From positions 510-59,463 of the forward strand of contig CADCWP010000001.1 of assembly GCA_902806425.1 (NCBI GenBank): a DNA stretch of 58,954 bases. The letters run 5' to 3'. The notes beneath the pieces were generated by a model that did no database searches, had not been told where the DNA came from, and saw nothing but the letters and a program-made list of their open reading frames with translations. This DNA comes from an uncultured Truepera sp. (lineage in GTDB: Bacteria > Deinococcota > Deinococci > Deinococcales > Trueperaceae). How positions within the stretch are numbered: position 1 is the first letter of the stretch; each line of letters starts with the position of its first letter. Positions 54,812-58,954 of the stretch are shown piece by piece. Both the position numbers and the translations under genes were made by a program.

Positions 54812-55009
54812 TCAGATCATGACCTTAAAGGTCGGTTCTCGAGCCAGACTTTCGACAGCTAAGTGCGACGTAGCACTGCATTTCGCACAGGTCGCTTTAA
54901 AGGCCACGACCCTGTCACCGTCCGTCAACATCACCGGCTCAGAGGTAAAGATTTCAAACTCCTCGTTGCAGTATGGACATACAAGTTCTTCCAACTGTTC
55001 TAAAGCCAT
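54812..55009 (-). CDS. Small (65-aa) putative zinc-ribbon protein
   Basis: MALEQLEELVCPYC..CAKC..; two CxxC pairs; GGGGTGG just before ATG 55009. Confidence 0.6.
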   Translation of the reverse strand: MALEQLEELVCPYCNEEFEIFTSEPVMLTDGDRVVAFKATCAKCSATSHLAVESLAREPTFKVMI

Positions 55010-55264
55010 AACCACCCCTATATGAGAATAATGCTGGGCGGCTACAGCTTTGCAGATGTGCAAATACCGAGTTTCAGAAGCAGCTGTCGCAGTGGTACAC
55101 GACCCCGGTTAAAAACGAGGTTGGGCCTCCTTTCCGCCCAATTCATATTCGGTAACAGCCAGCCTGTTTCACAAGTTTAATAACCCAGCTTAGGACTTGG
55201 TCGTCTAGAGGGCTAACCGGGGCCACTGACGTTGGGGTGGCGGCGTGGAACAAAAACAGGCGCT

Positions 55265-57112
<1,848 letters not shown>

Positions 57113-57591
57113 GTTCGGTGTCCTCCGGGTTTTAAGGATATAAGGCAACGTTCACATCTGCAACGACCTCTGCGCCACCAGTTTAGTCTCCTACGGTTTC
57201 GGCAGATAGACGAGCCAGCGTCCAGCGGCTGAGGATCACGAGCACTACGGCCAAACGGCGGATGTTTAGCGTCACCTAGGGTCCGTTACCTTGTCGTTCT
57301 CGCCCACCTTCGGAGCTGCATAGGGCAATTTAACCCCGCGGGTGGGGCACCACTCACCAACTCGCCACAAGGGGTTAAAAACTACGATACGTTTCAGAAG
57401 CAGACAGCTCCTCAGGTAACAAGGTTATGGTTGAGGACAAAGCCCCGGCTGAGTTAGCCATCTAGCTGCGTCTACGATACTCGCGCGGATGACGTAGGCG
57501 CGCGATCCCCGCCCGCGTGCGCCGCACCCACCCTTGGCATTAACTATGCCCGCTCCCTAGCCCGCTCACTCCGGACGCCGTTAGTCCAAGA

Positions 57592-58566
57592 TCAACTCAT
57601 GAACCGTCCCCTACCGGGAACCTGCGGCGCGGGTTGCGGGGTCGTACTCGGGCCTACGGTGCGTGGCCCCTCGGAGGTCCAGACAAGCCGGTCGAGGCAC
57701 ATACGCCTGCCTGTTTTTTGAGGATCCCAAGCGTGGTAGACGAGATAGTCTTCGCCGTCCGGACCGCGTATCACCGAGTTGTGACCGGGTCCAACCACCC
57801 TCGGGTACGAACGCAAAAGGGTGGGGCCGTCACTTCGGGGTTCGGCGTAGGGACCGAGCGGCGACTCGGCGACTGCGTAGGAGACGCCGTAGTTTGGCTC
57901 CTCCCAGGCCCCGCCAGAGTAGAAAAGGTAGTAGCGGCCCCCGTGCTTGCGAACGAACGGTCCCTCGAGCGTGTACCAGTCGTAGACCGCGCCGTACATT
58001 TCACGGCTGCGCCTAAAGATCTGCCAGTCCGCTGTGGCGCGCAGCACTGTGCGCGGGGGTCCCTCTAACCGCACCATGTCCACAAGCGGCGCTACTGCGA
58101 GCGCCGTGCCGACCCGCTCACCGTCTAGAAAGTCACGGGCGAAGAAGAGGTACCATCTCCCGTCGTCGTCCCGGAAGGGGTGCGCGTCGATGGTAAAGGG
58201 GTCATCGCCGGTGAGCACAAAGCCGAGGTCGCGAAACGGCCCTTCAGGACCCTTTGAACTCGCCACCCGAATCTGATGACCCTTGTCTTCGACCCCCGCC
58301 GAGTAGTAGAGATAGAAGATGCCATTATGGAAGGCGACCTCCGGAGCCCAGAAGTCCCGCCCATGAAGACCTTCGGGAGGCTCGAGCGCGCTCCCCAGCG
58401 AGGTCCAGGAGACGAGGTCGGGCGAGCGCAAGACCTCGAAGGCGCGTCCACCGAGAGTTGGACGCCCGCTCGTGCCGTAAGCGTAGTACATCCCCTCATG
58501 CTCGAGCACGAACGGGTCGGCGAAGTAACCGGCGTAGATGGGGTTTGTATAGGTGGGCTCGGTCAT
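57592..58566 (-). CDS. GH43 glycoside hydrolase (cytoplasmic, single domain)
   Basis: FADPFV, WAPEV, IDAHPF, LEGP, GPGHN, VYHAW; no signal peptide. Confidence 0.92.
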   Translation of the reverse strand: MTEPTYTNPIYAGYFADPFVLEHEGMYYAYGTSGRPTLGGRAFEVLRSPDLVSWTSLGSALEPPEGLHGRDFWAPEVAFHNGIFYLYYSAGVEDKGHQIRVASSKGPEGPFRDLGFVLTGDDPFTIDAHPFRDDDGRWYLFFARDFLDGERVGTALAVAPLVDMVRLEGPPRTVLRATADWQIFRRSREMYGAVYDWYTLEGPFVRKHGGRYYLFYSGGAWEEPNYGVSYAVAESPLGPYAEPRSDGPTLLRSYPRVVGPGHNSVIRGPDGEDYLVYHAWDPQKTGRRMCLDRLVWTSEGPRTVGPSTTPQPAPQVPGRGRFMS

Positions 58567-58954
58567 GAGTAGAAGAATAAGCCAAAAGGTTGGCTGACAG
58601 TAGCGGCTGGTCGGTGACGCAGCACATAAACATGCACAACAAACCCGGAGTTTTGAAGGCGGGTAGCATCTTAGGAACTACGTGCTGGACCCTGCCTTTC
58701 GTTTAGGCGCGTCTATAGCTCGAGGTTGCCTGCTAACAGTATTAAAGTGCATTTAGGCGAGAACAGTCAGCCGCACCGAGGCCGTCGTCCACGCCCTCCA
58801 TCCGTTTTTACGGAGCCCGTTTCGACACAGTTTGGACCTAGATACAGTGGTACAGAAGGGTGAAACAAGCAGTACGCTTGTAACTGGCCAAAACGCTGAT
58901 GGGCACAAATAATAAAGAGAATAAGTAGCGAGGAGGCGTTGAAGTGTGACCTTC

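Overview
A GC-rich bacterial chromosomal segment, most likely Deinococcota (Truepera-like). That assignment is an inference from the TilS-TadA fusion, small GidA, futalosine-pathway mqnD, leaderless -10 promoters and non-canonical infC/rpsL starts. The core (27.0-46.2 kb, minus strand) is one contiguous str-S10-spc-alpha ribosomal superoperon from rpsL to rplQ. The left arm holds two tandem decayed ssuA-like binding-protein genes, an IS630-like remnant, a LacI regulator, treZ-treY, a UbiA-like membrane protein plus methyltransferase pair, a histidine phosphatase with scpA, typA, a fasciclin/SOD-like fusion, a glutaredoxin-like gene, menG, small gidA, mqnD, infC-rpmI-rplT, a TetR with three operators and a divergent secreted protein, tRNA-Ser(CGA), tilS-tadA and deoB. 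The right arm holds an aldo-keto reductase, mreD-PBP2-minC, an isoaspartyl peptidase, a P-loop kinase and a GH43/GH2/GH43 cluster with a small zinc-ribbon ORF. No CRISPR array, rRNA or intact mobile element was seen. The best candidates for something undescribed are the prenyltransferase-like/methyltransferase pair, a leaderless 21-aa uORF coupled to treZ, the TetR-controlled orphan secreted protein, a ligand-degenerate SOD-like domain on a fasciclin protein, and tRNA-like relics (one with a CUA anticodon) next to tRNA-Ser. All family assignments come from recognising motifs by eye; no searches were run.
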